64,000 nt of DNA from Clostridia bacterium. GTDB lineage: Bacteria > Bacillota > Clostridia > Oscillospirales > CAG-272. Below are positions 8,722-17,130 of this stretch, piece by piece. The translations under genes and the position numbers were made by a program. The notes below the pieces were generated by a model. That model ran no database searches. It was not told the origin of the DNA and saw only the letters and a program-made list of their open reading frames with translations. Where the stretch lies: NCBI GenBank assembly GCA_017415325.1, contig JAFQGY010000247.1, forward strand, positions 2,018-66,017, in the 5' to 3' direction. Within the stretch, counting starts at the first letter, position 1. Each line of letters opens with the position of its first letter.

Positions 8722-9150
8722 TTACGATTTCTTCACGATCAGGGATGCATTCTGCACAAGAATGTCCTGATCTGCCGTATTCACCACCGCGAAACTCAGA
8801 GGAAGCCAGCTCGGCACAAGGATTTCGGCAGAAGCCGTCACATTGCCGTATTCATCCGCTGCCGCAGGGGTAAACAGCCGCTCTGTGGAACCGATTACTT
8901 CACCATCCACTGCCAGTGCCAGAGAGATTTCTCCCACCGTACCACCTGTAGGAACCGCAATATTGGCACCGTATATGATGGTAAGCGGAGTGAAATTGCA
9001 ACCCGGCAGACCACGCACACTCACGGTTCCGGTACCGGGACGGTGATAGACAAGCTGCCTATTACAGCCCCGGAAACCGATGTCATCCGTGAAAAGTACG
9101 TTGCCATTGGCAGAAACAGTCTGAACCGCTACCGCTGTTAATTCTGCCAT
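8722..9150 (-). CDS. hypothetical beta-rich protein (possibly a BclA-C/TNF-like jelly roll, weak)
   Basis: ATG at 9150 lies 6 nt after GGGAGGTG. The composition is a V/T/G-rich beta pattern. The fold guess is from memory only. Confidence 0.5.
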   Translation of the reverse strand: MAELTAVAVQTVSANGNVLFTDDIGFRGCNRQLVYHRPGTGTVSVRGLPGCNFTPLTIIYGANIAVPTGGTVGEISLALAVDGEVIGSTERLFTPAAADEYGNVTASAEILVPSWLPLSFAVVNTADQDILVQNASLIVKKS

Positions 9151-9165
9151 AGTCCGCACCTCCCG

Positions 9166-9966
9166 TTAAAATCCATAACCATTGCCGCAGCCGCAGTTAC
9201 CTGCAAACTGGACCTGACCGCAGCAGTTAGTCGGGAAGGACACGGGGGTGGGGGGCTGCACCACATAAGCAGGAGTGGGACAGTCAGCACCCAGTCTGCG
9301 AATCAGCTCTGCTCTGGAAGCATCAATGGTGGCTGCGAAGTACGCATTCTGTTCCGCCTGAGATGCCTTGAACTTCAGTGCCTGGTTTTCGCTCTGCAGA
9401 GTAGAAATCTTATCCTGTACAAGGAAATCCATCAGTGCTCTGCTGTTGGCGTTCTGGTTGTCGATGATGTCACGGGTGGTGTTCTGGATGGTGTTTCTGG
9501 TGTCGCAAGCCTGCGTTGCCATGTCGTATCTCACGTTATCAATGGCTCTCTGCGTAGTGCAGCAGCAGTCGGAAATCTGGTGACCGATGCCGTTGATACC
9601 GGACTGCACATTGTAGCCCAGATTGCAGATAGCATTGTCAACCCCATGGAAACCGGTCATCAGAGCGTTATTCAGAGCATACGTGGAATCACAGATGCCC
9701 TGCTGGATTGCCTGAATACCTCTCTCGATGTTGTTGAATGTGAAGCCGTCATGAATGGCTGTACGTGTTTCCACGCCGTTCCATGCACTTACAAGGCCGC
9801 CACCGCCGCCGCCGAAACCACCGCCGAATCCGCCGCCCCAGCCGCCGCCGAACAGGGCGAACAGGACGATCAGACCCAGAAGATCATCGCCGAACAGGCC
9901 GTTTCTGTTGTTGTTGCCGCTCACAGCTGCATAATCAGCCGGAGACATACCTTCGTTGTAGCTCAT
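9166..9966 (-). CDS. glycine-zipper membrane protein with coiled coil and a Cys-rich C-terminus
   Basis: ATG at 9966 follows AAAGGAG. Features are LIVLFALFGGGWGGGFGGGFGGGGGG, several conserved-looking Cys (DCCCTTQ), and the tail CCGQVQFAGNCGCGNGYGF. Confidence 0.6.
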   Translation of the reverse strand: MSYNEGMSPADYAAVSGNNNRNGLFGDDLLGLIVLFALFGGGWGGGFGGGFGGGGGGLVSAWNGVETRTAIHDGFTFNNIERGIQAIQQGICDSTYALNNALMTGFHGVDNAICNLGYNVQSGINGIGHQISDCCCTTQRAIDNVRYDMATQACDTRNTIQNTTRDIIDNQNANSRALMDFLVQDKISTLQSENQALKFKASQAEQNAYFAATIDASRAELIRRLGADCPTPAYVVQPPTPVSFPTNCCGQVQFAGNCGCGNGYGF

Positions 9967-10022
9967 TTTCTCACGCTCCTTTAAATAAAATGTAGATTTA
10001 TATAACAACGGGATTCCCGTTA

Positions 10023-10244
10023 TTATCCTTGAACACCCCGCATCCGGTTATAGAGGGGACGCAGTTGATTGGCTATCCCCTGCAGCCTGTCAAGCTGGCT
10101 CTGCGGAATCTGGAATATGTCTATCCGTCTGCGGATCTCGTCCCATGGGTTCCCCTGATACCCCTGCATAAACTGTAGGAGCTGCTGTATCTGCGGGGAC
10201 ATTGCCGTATTGTCCTTCACGCCGTCCAGAATCGGGTTTGCCAT
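10023..10244 (-). CDS. hypothetical small helical protein
   Basis: 73 aa, with ATG after GGAGAAAGG. It overlaps the 3' 155 nt of the upstream ORF in another frame. Confidence 0.45.
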   Translation of the reverse strand: MANPILDGVKDNTAMSPQIQQLLQFMQGYQGNPWDEIRRRIDIFQIPQSQLDRLQGIANQLRPLYNRMRGVQG

Positions 10245-10689
10245 AATAGCCGCCTTTCTCCATGATTTCCTGCATCATGGCCAGTATTTTGTTGTTTTCC
10301 TGCACCAGTTTGTCAAATTCCTCCCGGAGAACGTATTTTTCCGGACTGGATGTGGGAATCTGTTCCGGATGCACCTCCGTAATCTGGAAATACCGCATAC
10401 TGGGAACGCCGTTCACATCCACGGTTTTCTGATATACCATGGGTTTCTCGGAATCAAAAAGCACCACTGTATTGCCGGGAGCCACAAGATACCCTTTCGC
10501 TTCTGCCTCTCCCAGTACCCGGATCAGATTGCCGCCGCCCTGGTTCATGGGCATCTGGTTCATGGGTGGATTCATCGGCGGTTGATACTGCTGCCGCATC
10601 TGCATAAGCCTGTCCTGCATCGGCTGTCCGTAAGCACCATACATGTTCGTGTTGTTGAACTGCGGATTGTAATACTCATTTCCCATCAT
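10090..10689 (-). CDS. hypothetical protein with a Q/N/M/P-rich N-terminus (3' end uncertain)
   Basis: ATGATG follows GGGAGG. The N-terminus is YNPQFNNTNMYGAYGQPMQ...PPMNPPMNQMPMNQ, followed by a globular-looking domain. The last ~50 codons look like out-of-frame sequence. Confidence 0.5.
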   Translation of the reverse strand: MMGNEYYNPQFNNTNMYGAYGQPMQDRLMQMRQQYQPPMNPPMNQMPMNQGGGNLIRVLGEAEAKGYLVAPGNTVVLFDSEKPMVYQKTVDVNGVPSMRYFQITEVHPEQIPTSSPEKYVLREEFDKLVQENNKILAMMQEIMEKGGYYGKPDSGRREGQYGNVPADTAAPTVYAGVSGEPMGRDPQTDRHIPDSAEPA

Positions 10690-11075
10690 CTTTCATCCTC
10701 CCGTTTCCAGTAGTAAATTGGAATTTCCTGTCCACTGTCCCATGTATCAAAGTAGTGCCCATCGCATACAGCGACAACATGGCTGGATAACGCAAGTACA
10801 TATATCCCTTTGGGGTTGTCCTCACAGAAGTCCGCCACCGTGTAAACATCCCGCCCATGGTCATCAACCACATACCGGCGGAACCCCTTGGAGCGTAGGA
10901 ATTCACCCCATACACTGTTGGCTGTAGGCATCTCACAGGACATGAACCCAAACAGGCAAAGACTGATATAGGTGCTGTTCCAGTCCATCCCCAGTGCCTT
11001 GGAAATGGCTCTCACGGTGCAGTCACCGGTTCTGTTTTTCGCCGGGTTGGCATTGTAATTCACATATTTGCCCAT
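10686..11075 (-). CDS. putative papain-like cysteine peptidase
   Basis: 129 aa. The N-terminal RTGDCTVRAISKAL gives a candidate nucleophile Cys. The C-terminal SSHVVAV...FDTWDSG gives candidate His/Asp. The pattern is recognised by eye only. Confidence 0.4.
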   Translation of the reverse strand: MGKYVNYNANPAKNRTGDCTVRAISKALGMDWNSTYISLCLFGFMSCEMPTANSVWGEFLRSKGFRRYVVDDHGRDVYTVADFCEDNPKGIYVLALSSHVVAVCDGHYFDTWDSGQEIPIYYWKREDER

Positions 11076-11091
11076 CGGTTTTCACCTCCGA

Positions 11092-11145
11092 ATCAAACAA
11101 AAAATCCTTATCTCTTGGCTTCATTGTACCAAGAAATAAGGATTT
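11092..11145 (-). terminator. strong intrinsic terminator ending the lysis/late transcript
   Basis: AAATCCTTATCTCTTGG (11102-11118) pairs with CCAAGAAATAAGGATTT (11129-11145). A T-run follows on the minus strand (plus A-run 11092-11101). Confidence 0.65.
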
Positions 11146-11198
11146 CAAAGTGCGCACATAATGTGCTGTTTGTGTATGGGAAGTGCATGAAAAGTGCA

Positions 11199-11447
11199 CT
11201 ACTTCTTGTATTTTCGGACAATATCCCGGAGAATCAGCATTGCTTTTCGATAATGTGCTTTTGCACTTCTCTCACAGATGTTCAATTCCATGGATATTTG
11301 CACAAAGCTTTGGTCAAGGACACGTTTCCGGTAAAGAATGTCTCTGTCAATTTTCTTGAGTGCGCATTTGTTTATGTAGTATTCGACTTCTCCATACTCA
11401 TTGCATCCGATTACTATGTCTGTGGCTTGCCTAAGATCCTCTTTCAT
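11199..11447 (-). CDS. small sigma-70 region-4-like HTH regulator
   Basis: 82 aa with an ...ICERSAKAHYRKAMLILR... HTH at the C-terminus. Confidence 0.5.
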   Translation of the reverse strand: MKEDLRQATDIVIGCNEYGEVEYYINKCALKKIDRDILYRKRVLDQSFVQISMELNICERSAKAHYRKAMLILRDIVRKYKK

Positions 11448-11462
11448 AGGCAGTTCCTCCTG

Positions 11463-11810
11463 TTACTTGCCGTCGTTGATGTCGGCATCACCCATTCCGT
11501 CTTCGTCCGCTATATTGATATTGATAGGCGCACTGTTTTCCGCTACAGCCTTGTCCACAAATGCCTGAGACAGAATCCGCACAATGTCCACGCCGCCCTC
11601 GGTGCCCATCCAGATCCAGCAGCCCTTTGTCACCAGATCAATAATGTCCATCACACCGGGGGAAATGGATTCCTCAAACAGCGTCACCACCAGAAGAATT
11701 ACCGTCAGTCCGATCATCGTAAGAAACTTCCGGGAAGACAGCTTCTGTTTCCAGTTGATCTTGTTTTCCGCCTTGCCTGCCGTTACCTGTTCCATCATGT
11801 TCTGTTCCAT
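11463..11810 (-). CDS. holin (phi LC3-family-like)
   Basis: ATG at 11810 lies 7 nt after AAAGGAG. KINWKQKLSSRKFLTMIGLTVILLVV resembles the phi LC3 holin N-terminus. It lies next to the endolysin. Confidence 0.55.
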   Translation of the reverse strand: MEQNMMEQVTAGKAENKINWKQKLSSRKFLTMIGLTVILLVVTLFEESISPGVMDIIDLVTKGCWIWMGTEGGVDIVRILSQAFVDKAVAENSAPININIADEDGMGDADINDGK

Positions 11811-12036
11811 ATTGCATCTCCTTTTCATGTTTATGTTGTTCTCGATTTTCGTTGATCCGGATTATCCCCGCTGCTATGGATTCCACACCCACCGCAGCGG
11901 ATACCCCTGCTATCAGTGCTGCCGGTTCATTCCCCGTGATAAGCCACGATACATAGCAGGCTGTAAAAAACGCCCCCATGTACAGGTATATCCCCGTCAG
12001 CAGCCTTTTCATGTAGCGCAAAGGCATCACCTCCAC
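11674..12036 (-). CDS. putative two-TM small membrane protein (start and end uncertain)
   Basis: Hydrophobic segments LLTGIYLYMGAFFTACYVSWLI and AALIAGVSAAVGVESIAAGII. The ORF runs 137 nt into the holin gene in another frame. Confidence 0.3.
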   Translation of the reverse strand: MEVMPLRYMKRLLTGIYLYMGAFFTACYVSWLITGNEPAALIAGVSAAVGVESIAAGIIRINENREQHKHEKEMQYGTEHDGTGNGRQGGKQDQLETEAVFPEVSYDDRTDGNSSGGDAV

Positions 12037-12047
12037 TGAAAAAAGAC

Positions 12048-12271
12048 TGAATAATCACTGAATTTCAGCGTTTTTCAAAGGAATTATGTATTTTCCTGTC
12101 AAATAGTCAATCTTGCATCCTTCTGTTTTATCACTGCATTTTGAACAATATTCTTTTTCACAGTGCAGTTTCCACCATTTGTCGAAATTGGTGATTTTCA
12201 GAATCCATTCATACAATCGGTTCATTGTGCGTCTCCTATCTGAGGATGAATATTCACTGAATTTCAGCGTT
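12048..12271. repeat. 25-nt direct repeats (1 mismatch) bracketing a small gene
   Basis: TGAATAATCACTGAATTTCAGCGTT (12048-12072) and TGAATATTCACTGAATTTCAGCGTT (12247-12271), 199 bp apart. Each contains the palindrome CTGAAATTCAG. Confidence 0.8.
12055..12225 (-). CDS. small Cys-rich hypothetical protein
   Basis: ATG at 12225 follows AGGAGA. Sequence MNRLYEWILKITNFDKWWKLHCEKEYCSKCSDKTEGCKIDY... The last 5 codons are supplied by the direct repeat. Confidence 0.4.
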   Translation of the reverse strand: MNRLYEWILKITNFDKWWKLHCEKEYCSKCSDKTEGCKIDYLTGKYIIPLKNAEIQ

Positions 12272-13481
12272 AATCCCAAGCAAAATACGCATTGATCTGC
12301 CTCCAGCCGCTCGACCCAGGCATCACCTTTCCATCAATCTTGCAATAATATGATCCCCCGCCGTCAAGCTTAAGGATGTCATCAAACCCTTCATCTTTCA
12401 CGATGTCCCAGAACCACATCCCATAGATCATGTTCCCGGATTTCGCTTTGCTCTGCCCGGTGATAAGCCATACTTCACCATCCCGCACACCCAGCCAGTT
12501 GTGATAGGTATTCCGCACTGTATCCGCAGGCCATCCCTGACGGTTAACATAATTGTGCCAGTCCACATCATCACCTTTGCGTACACAGGGAACGCCGGAT
12601 ACCGCATACTTTACATTATCCGGAATCATGTTTGTATCCGCCACATACGGTTTACCGCTCTTGGGAATAATAAGCGTAGTCACACTCTTGTTTCGGAACT
12701 GAGAGTCTGCCGCATTATCCAGACATCCGTACCACAGTTTCCCTGCACCAATGTGCTTATCAAGATCCTGCCGCACATCCTCCGGCACCTGATAGGATCC
12801 CATGTCACACACCAGATTCCCACGTGGAAGGGTATATGTGGTCTTCCCCCGCTTGTAGTTCCCAAAGAAATCTGCATTGCATCCGTTTCTGCCGGTGATT
12901 TTCTTTTTGTCGGCATCCAGATACACCAGCCGTGGATTTTTGCATTTCACAAACCGAAGACCACCTTTTGTGTAGTCCTCCGGTTTCACTTCCTCCCCTT
13001 TCCGGTATCCTTCTACCATCTTTAAAAAACGATCCCAGCCCATGTCAAGCGTCCGGTGCGGACAATATTTCCCGGAAAAGTCCTGATGCTTCTTCACTCG
13101 GTCAATGCCCCATCCGTATGTATCCAAAAGGGACGCAATAAACGCCGCCGCATTCTTTTCCGCTTCGATAAATCTGGTTCCCCCGGATTTGCTGTAGCAG
13201 ATTTCGATACCGACGCCCGTCCTGTTCCCTTTGCCGTTTGCACCATCCCCTGCGTGCCACCCGTTGCGAATCAGCGAAATCCCCTGCACGACCTCTTTAT
13301 CATCAATGGCAAAGTGGAAGGATACCTCCTTGTTGTTGCTCTGCATATACTTGATTTCGTTTCGTGCGGATGCATCGTTGGCAGTGTTGTGAACCACAAT
13401 GCACTCCGGCACCATCGAATACGGGCATTTGATCCCGTATTTCGATGTCGGCATGTTTATGGTAATCTGTTTGTATCCCAT
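12270..13481 (-). CDS. endolysin: N-acetylmuramoyl-L-alanine amidase (amidase_2/PGRP) plus a C-terminal phosphodiester-glycosidase-like domain
   Basis: N-terminal VVHNTANDASARNEIKYM, GWHAGDG, GVGIEICY and KYCPHR are zinc-amidase motifs. The C-terminal half ends in LKLDGGGS, typical of the NAGPA/DUF2233 domain. Confidence 0.9.
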   Translation of the reverse strand: MGYKQITINMPTSKYGIKCPYSMVPECIVVHNTANDASARNEIKYMQSNNKEVSFHFAIDDKEVVQGISLIRNGWHAGDGANGKGNRTGVGIEICYSKSGGTRFIEAEKNAAAFIASLLDTYGWGIDRVKKHQDFSGKYCPHRTLDMGWDRFLKMVEGYRKGEEVKPEDYTKGGLRFVKCKNPRLVYLDADKKKITGRNGCNADFFGNYKRGKTTYTLPRGNLVCDMGSYQVPEDVRQDLDKHIGAGKLWYGCLDNAADSQFRNKSVTTLIIPKSGKPYVADTNMIPDNVKYAVSGVPCVRKGDDVDWHNYVNRQGWPADTVRNTYHNWLGVRDGEVWLITGQSKAKSGNMIYGMWFWDIVKDEGFDDILKLDGGGSYYCKIDGKVMPGSSGWRQINAYFAWD

Positions 13482-13491
13482 ATGATACCCC

Positions 13492-13746
13492 TCATTCGTG
13501 GTGATAAAATCCCACTTTTTCTTCCAGTTTCGTTACTCTGTTTTCCAGTTTGCCGTAGTTCTTCTGCAGCTCGTCCAGTTTCCTCTCCAGCCCATCCACA
13601 CCTTTTTTGATGTAGCCCAACTCCGTCAGAACCTGCCCCGTCTGCTGCCCGTTGCTTTTTGCCTGCGTTGTGCGTCCTATAAAAAATGTTGCCACAGAAA
13701 GCGCACATCCGCACAGCGCAATCAGAAACGATACATCAATCTGCAT
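13492..13746 (-). CDS. lysis-associated membrane/coiled-coil protein
   Basis: Starts MQIDVSFLIALCGCALSVATFFIG (TM segment), followed by a coiled coil (LERKLDELQKNYGKLENRVTKLEEK). It lies directly upstream of the endolysin. Confidence 0.5.
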   Translation of the reverse strand: MQIDVSFLIALCGCALSVATFFIGRTTQAKSNGQQTGQVLTELGYIKKGVDGLERKLDELQKNYGKLENRVTKLEEKVGFYHHE

Positions 13747-13855
13747 CCATCCCACATCCTTCCCGCTTGTCTGCCTCCCCGGCCACTCTGCAGCAGCATC
13801 CGACCACCAGCCCAATGCATCCGCCGCAGACTACACCAAACAAAAACCATGCCAT
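13736..13855 (-). CDS. 39-aa single-TM peptide
   Basis: ATG at 13855 follows AAGGAGG plus 7 nt. Sequence MAWFLFGVVCGGCIGLVVGCCC... Confidence 0.4.
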   Translation of the reverse strand: MAWFLFGVVCGGCIGLVVGCCCRVAGEADKREGCGMDAD

Positions 13856-13896
13856 TTTTATATCCTCCTTGCTAAAGAATCGGGTTTTATTGCTGA

Positions 13897-16395
13897 TTAA
13901 GAAATCACCATTGCCAGACATTCCTCGTCTGTCTTAGCCTCAAACCACACTTTCACACTATGGATAGTTCCCACATACTTCCCAGTGGCAATAAACATAT
14001 TTCTGGTATGGGCGGTCGTGTTGATTTTGCCATCGGCAACGGTTGTAAGCTCAGTTGCGTCCTCTTTAGCGAAGAAGAAATTTCCACCGGAATGTCGCAG
14101 AACAAACTTATGGCGTATACCTAAACATGCATTCCAGGGCCATGTAGTAGTTGAGTCACCGTTAAATATACAGCTACGAGACACTTCACTACTTTCATTT
14201 TGAGTACCAGCGACTTTCCAACCAGGCCACGGACTTGCTATACTCTCTGCATCAAGCACCTTGTATCCTCCGTTAACGCCCTCACCATACACAGGCGTAA
14301 AATCCAAAAATACCGTATAATCTTTAACTTCGTCCTGAAGTTTGATGCCAGTGTCAATACCAGCGGTATTAGTTCCGTCAAACGTGGTTTCAGCAAGGCT
14401 ATACGCAACACTGGTGTCAACAGCCGCCACAGCTATTACAATATTGCCCGTTACATTGGTAATAGTAATCACGCCATCAGAATAAACCGTGGAAGTAATG
14501 TCAACGCCGCCCATTGTAATGGTGACGGTTGCACCTTCCAGAGTGTAGCCATCTTTTGCGGTCAGTGTTGCTTCGTAGCTTGCACCTTCTGTAACACTCG
14601 CACTTGTATTGCTATTGGTTACGCCGAACAGGTTGTTCGTAACAGAATACTGAGTTTCAATACCGCTAACCGTCACTGCGCAACTTGCAGAAACAATACC
14701 AGCGGTTGCCCGGATTACACAGCTGCCATCATGCAGGGGTGTAACCACGCCACCGTCTACAATTGCTACATTTTCGTCTGTGGATGTCCATACAACACTA
14801 TCAGTGGTGTCAGAAGGTTCAACTGTCGCCACCAGAGTTGCGGGTGTTTCGTTCGTAAAGGTCAGTGTTGACTGGCTCAACGTAATGGAGGTTGCTGCAA
14901 CTCTATATAAATATTCATCAACCCACTTCTGTCGTGCCAACGCATATGTACGAATCTGCTGTACATTATTCTTGCCCTGCAGAGGTATTGCTGTAAACGC
15001 TCCGTCTGCGGTTGTTGCGGCATAATCTTCTTTCACCAATTCTTCCGGCATAATATCCGTAAAGCGTTCAAATCGGTTAATGATATTTTCTATAGACAGT
15101 GCGCTGGACTTTAACTCTGCCCAACGTGCTTTTAGTTCGCTCCAAAACACTTCTTCCAGTCGAATATAGAGCAGATTCCCACCGCCGCTCATGTCCTCAT
15201 AACTGGAACGGGGATAGTCTGTTGCCACAAAATAGGCATTCCAGTTAAGCCCCCACGTTGCGTCCATGTCATAGACCTGTGCGAACCATTTAATACCATC
15301 CCATGTCATGAAAAGCTGGTTCTTTTCATAACCATCCATTCCGCACATAGCAAGACCAAACAGGTGATAATCAAGGAGACTCCGCACATCAATATAGTTG
15401 TCCAGATTTGCCTTGAATTCCTCATTGGTACTGTTCTGCACAAAGTCGATAACCTCGTTCCACCGGGTCATGATAGAATTCGGGACGGCATCATGGATTT
15501 CGTCAGACCACCCAGAGCCATTACTAACCCAAGATGCACGGAACAGAGCAGGATTGCCGCCCTCGCCACACAGAATGCAGTGGGTATCCAGCTCATCGTC
15601 CATGTTTGCCATCCACTTGTCTTTTGGTATATTGAGTGTATATCTTCCCTGATACACACCGTCAGCGTATACCTTGACGGGGAATCCATCAATAACGCCT
15701 AAATTTGGGCTTGTCCGCATCAGTTCGGGCAGTTCTGCATAATTGGCTCTGGACTTGATAATGTCACCCCAAATACGAGCAGACACCACGTTTCTGGCTT
15801 GGGAGAGGTCAGTCCAGTTCGCCTTGTAGCAATGCTTGTTCTGCTTGCCCCAGCCCTTGAAGTCTACTTTCAGCTTTTCGGTGCAATCTGCGTCTTTGTA
15901 CATCTTGACCGTCTGATTCTTTTTCGGGAAACGCATGGTACTGTTCCCCTGCGCCTTGATTTCAGCATACCCGGAAATATCTTCTGTTTTGGAGATATAC
16001 CGGAACGGTACAACAGCTTCATCTTTGGTTTGCTGTAAAGCCCCGCCGAAGAATACCTTCGGAATATCATCCTCTGCGGGTTCAACCAGTGTACCACCCA
16101 ACTCAGCAATCGCTTCCGAAAGTTCAGCAAGTTCCCGCTTAACTTCCCCCAGTTCCGTCTCCACGGGCACCGCAGCAGTCCCGTCCCACCAGTAGTCCGG
16201 CACATCCGCCGCCCGGATAAACAGATCCTGCCCCACTTTCAGCGTACCTGCATTCTCTGCAATATACGCCTCCATCTCCGCAACCGTGTCAAACACCACC
16301 CCCGGCGCCGCATTTTTGATTTCTTCAATCTTTGCTCTGGCAGTTACATCCGCAACCGGTCTCCCGTTTATGCTCTTTACTTCTGTTTCAGCCAT
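13897..16395 (-). CDS. tail fibre / receptor-binding protein with a CotH-like domain, a Big_2 Ig-like domain and a lectin-like C-terminus
   Basis: 832 aa. The central region (KKNQTVKMYKD...NWTDLSQARNVVSARIWGDII...VKVYADGVYQGRYTLNIPKDKWM...) resembles the CotH family. ITLSQSTLTFTNETPATLVATVEPSD...VWTSTDENVAIVDGGVVTPLHDGSCVIRA is a Big_2 repeat. Confidence 0.7.
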   Translation of the reverse strand: MAETEVKSINGRPVADVTARAKIEEIKNAAPGVVFDTVAEMEAYIAENAGTLKVGQDLFIRAADVPDYWWDGTAAVPVETELGEVKRELAELSEAIAELGGTLVEPAEDDIPKVFFGGALQQTKDEAVVPFRYISKTEDISGYAEIKAQGNSTMRFPKKNQTVKMYKDADCTEKLKVDFKGWGKQNKHCYKANWTDLSQARNVVSARIWGDIIKSRANYAELPELMRTSPNLGVIDGFPVKVYADGVYQGRYTLNIPKDKWMANMDDELDTHCILCGEGGNPALFRASWVSNGSGWSDEIHDAVPNSIMTRWNEVIDFVQNSTNEEFKANLDNYIDVRSLLDYHLFGLAMCGMDGYEKNQLFMTWDGIKWFAQVYDMDATWGLNWNAYFVATDYPRSSYEDMSGGGNLLYIRLEEVFWSELKARWAELKSSALSIENIINRFERFTDIMPEELVKEDYAATTADGAFTAIPLQGKNNVQQIRTYALARQKWVDEYLYRVAATSITLSQSTLTFTNETPATLVATVEPSDTTDSVVWTSTDENVAIVDGGVVTPLHDGSCVIRATAGIVSASCAVTVSGIETQYSVTNNLFGVTNSNTSASVTEGASYEATLTAKDGYTLEGATVTITMGGVDITSTVYSDGVITITNVTGNIVIAVAAVDTSVAYSLAETTFDGTNTAGIDTGIKLQDEVKDYTVFLDFTPVYGEGVNGGYKVLDAESIASPWPGWKVAGTQNESSEVSRSCIFNGDSTTTWPWNACLGIRHKFVLRHSGGNFFFAKEDATELTTVADGKINTTAHTRNMFIATGKYVGTIHSVKVWFEAKTDEECLAMVIS

Positions 16396-16401
16396 ATCAA
16401 A

Positions 16402-17118
16402 TCACCCTCCAATCGTAAGATTTCCTGTTTCTTCATCAAACACAACACCGCCGGACGATGCTATTTCCAGATTTCCTGTGGCTTCATCATAGGTTACATT
16501 TGTGTTACCTCCACCACCTGATCCGCCAACCTGTTTCCATACAGGATACGGAGGTTCACTTGGCATAAAACTTTCCATTCTCACACAAAGAAATATTGTC
16601 CCCGTTATGGTATTGATGTACAGATCGTTAATGGATGCAGCTTCTTCGCCAGTAGGATCCTCTTCTCCGCTCAGTACACCGCCGCCCAGAGTAATATAGC
16701 TGTTCGGATACCACTTGCTTGTGTTGATGTATAACCGGCCTGTGGTTTTGTCCACATAGAACTGCTTATAGTTGATGTCATCCCATTCACTCGGTTCTCC
16801 GCTCCCAATTTCAACAACATCATCCGGCGTCAGACCCATATTCGGTAGTTTGGCTCTGATCCTCTCCCCATCTTTCAGTAGTATTTCCAGTGTATATTCA
16901 GAAGGTTTTCCCGTGAATATGGTTTCATACACCGCTGCACTCACTGGGTATTTCTTGTTATCTGCCATTGCCCCTGTGTCAGTTTCCCCGATCCACCAGT
17001 TCCCATTGGCACCTATGTGCGGTGTTATGCCGTTTTTACCCTGTATACACGGAACAGGCACGAACTTTTTCTTCTCGTCCCGCACAAACATGGTTCCAAG
17101 ATTGCCTATTGTAGGCAT
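16402..17118 (-). CDS. tail fibre-like protein
   Basis: 238 aa. The GKNGITPHIGANGNWWIGETDTG motif is common in phage fibre proteins. It lies in the fibre cluster. Confidence 0.55.
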   Translation of the reverse strand: MPTIGNLGTMFVRDEKKKFVPVPCIQGKNGITPHIGANGNWWIGETDTGAMADNKKYPVSAAVYETIFTGKPSEYTLEILLKDGERIRAKLPNMGLTPDDVVEIGSGEPSEWDDINYKQFYVDKTTGRLYINTSKWYPNSYITLGGGVLSGEEDPTGEEAASINDLYINTITGTIFLCVRMESFMPSEPPYPVWKQVGGSGGGGNTNVTYDEATGNLEIASSGGVVFDEETGNLTIGG

Positions 17119-17130
17119 TGTATCACCTCC

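Noticed and set aside
10090-10244. C-terminal 50 residues of the 199-aa ORF (GKPDSGRREGQYGNVPADTAAP...)
   Set aside because: This is probably not translated as written. The 73-aa ORF in the other frame has an SD and a protein-like sequence. I keep the overlap flagged rather than calling a frameshift.
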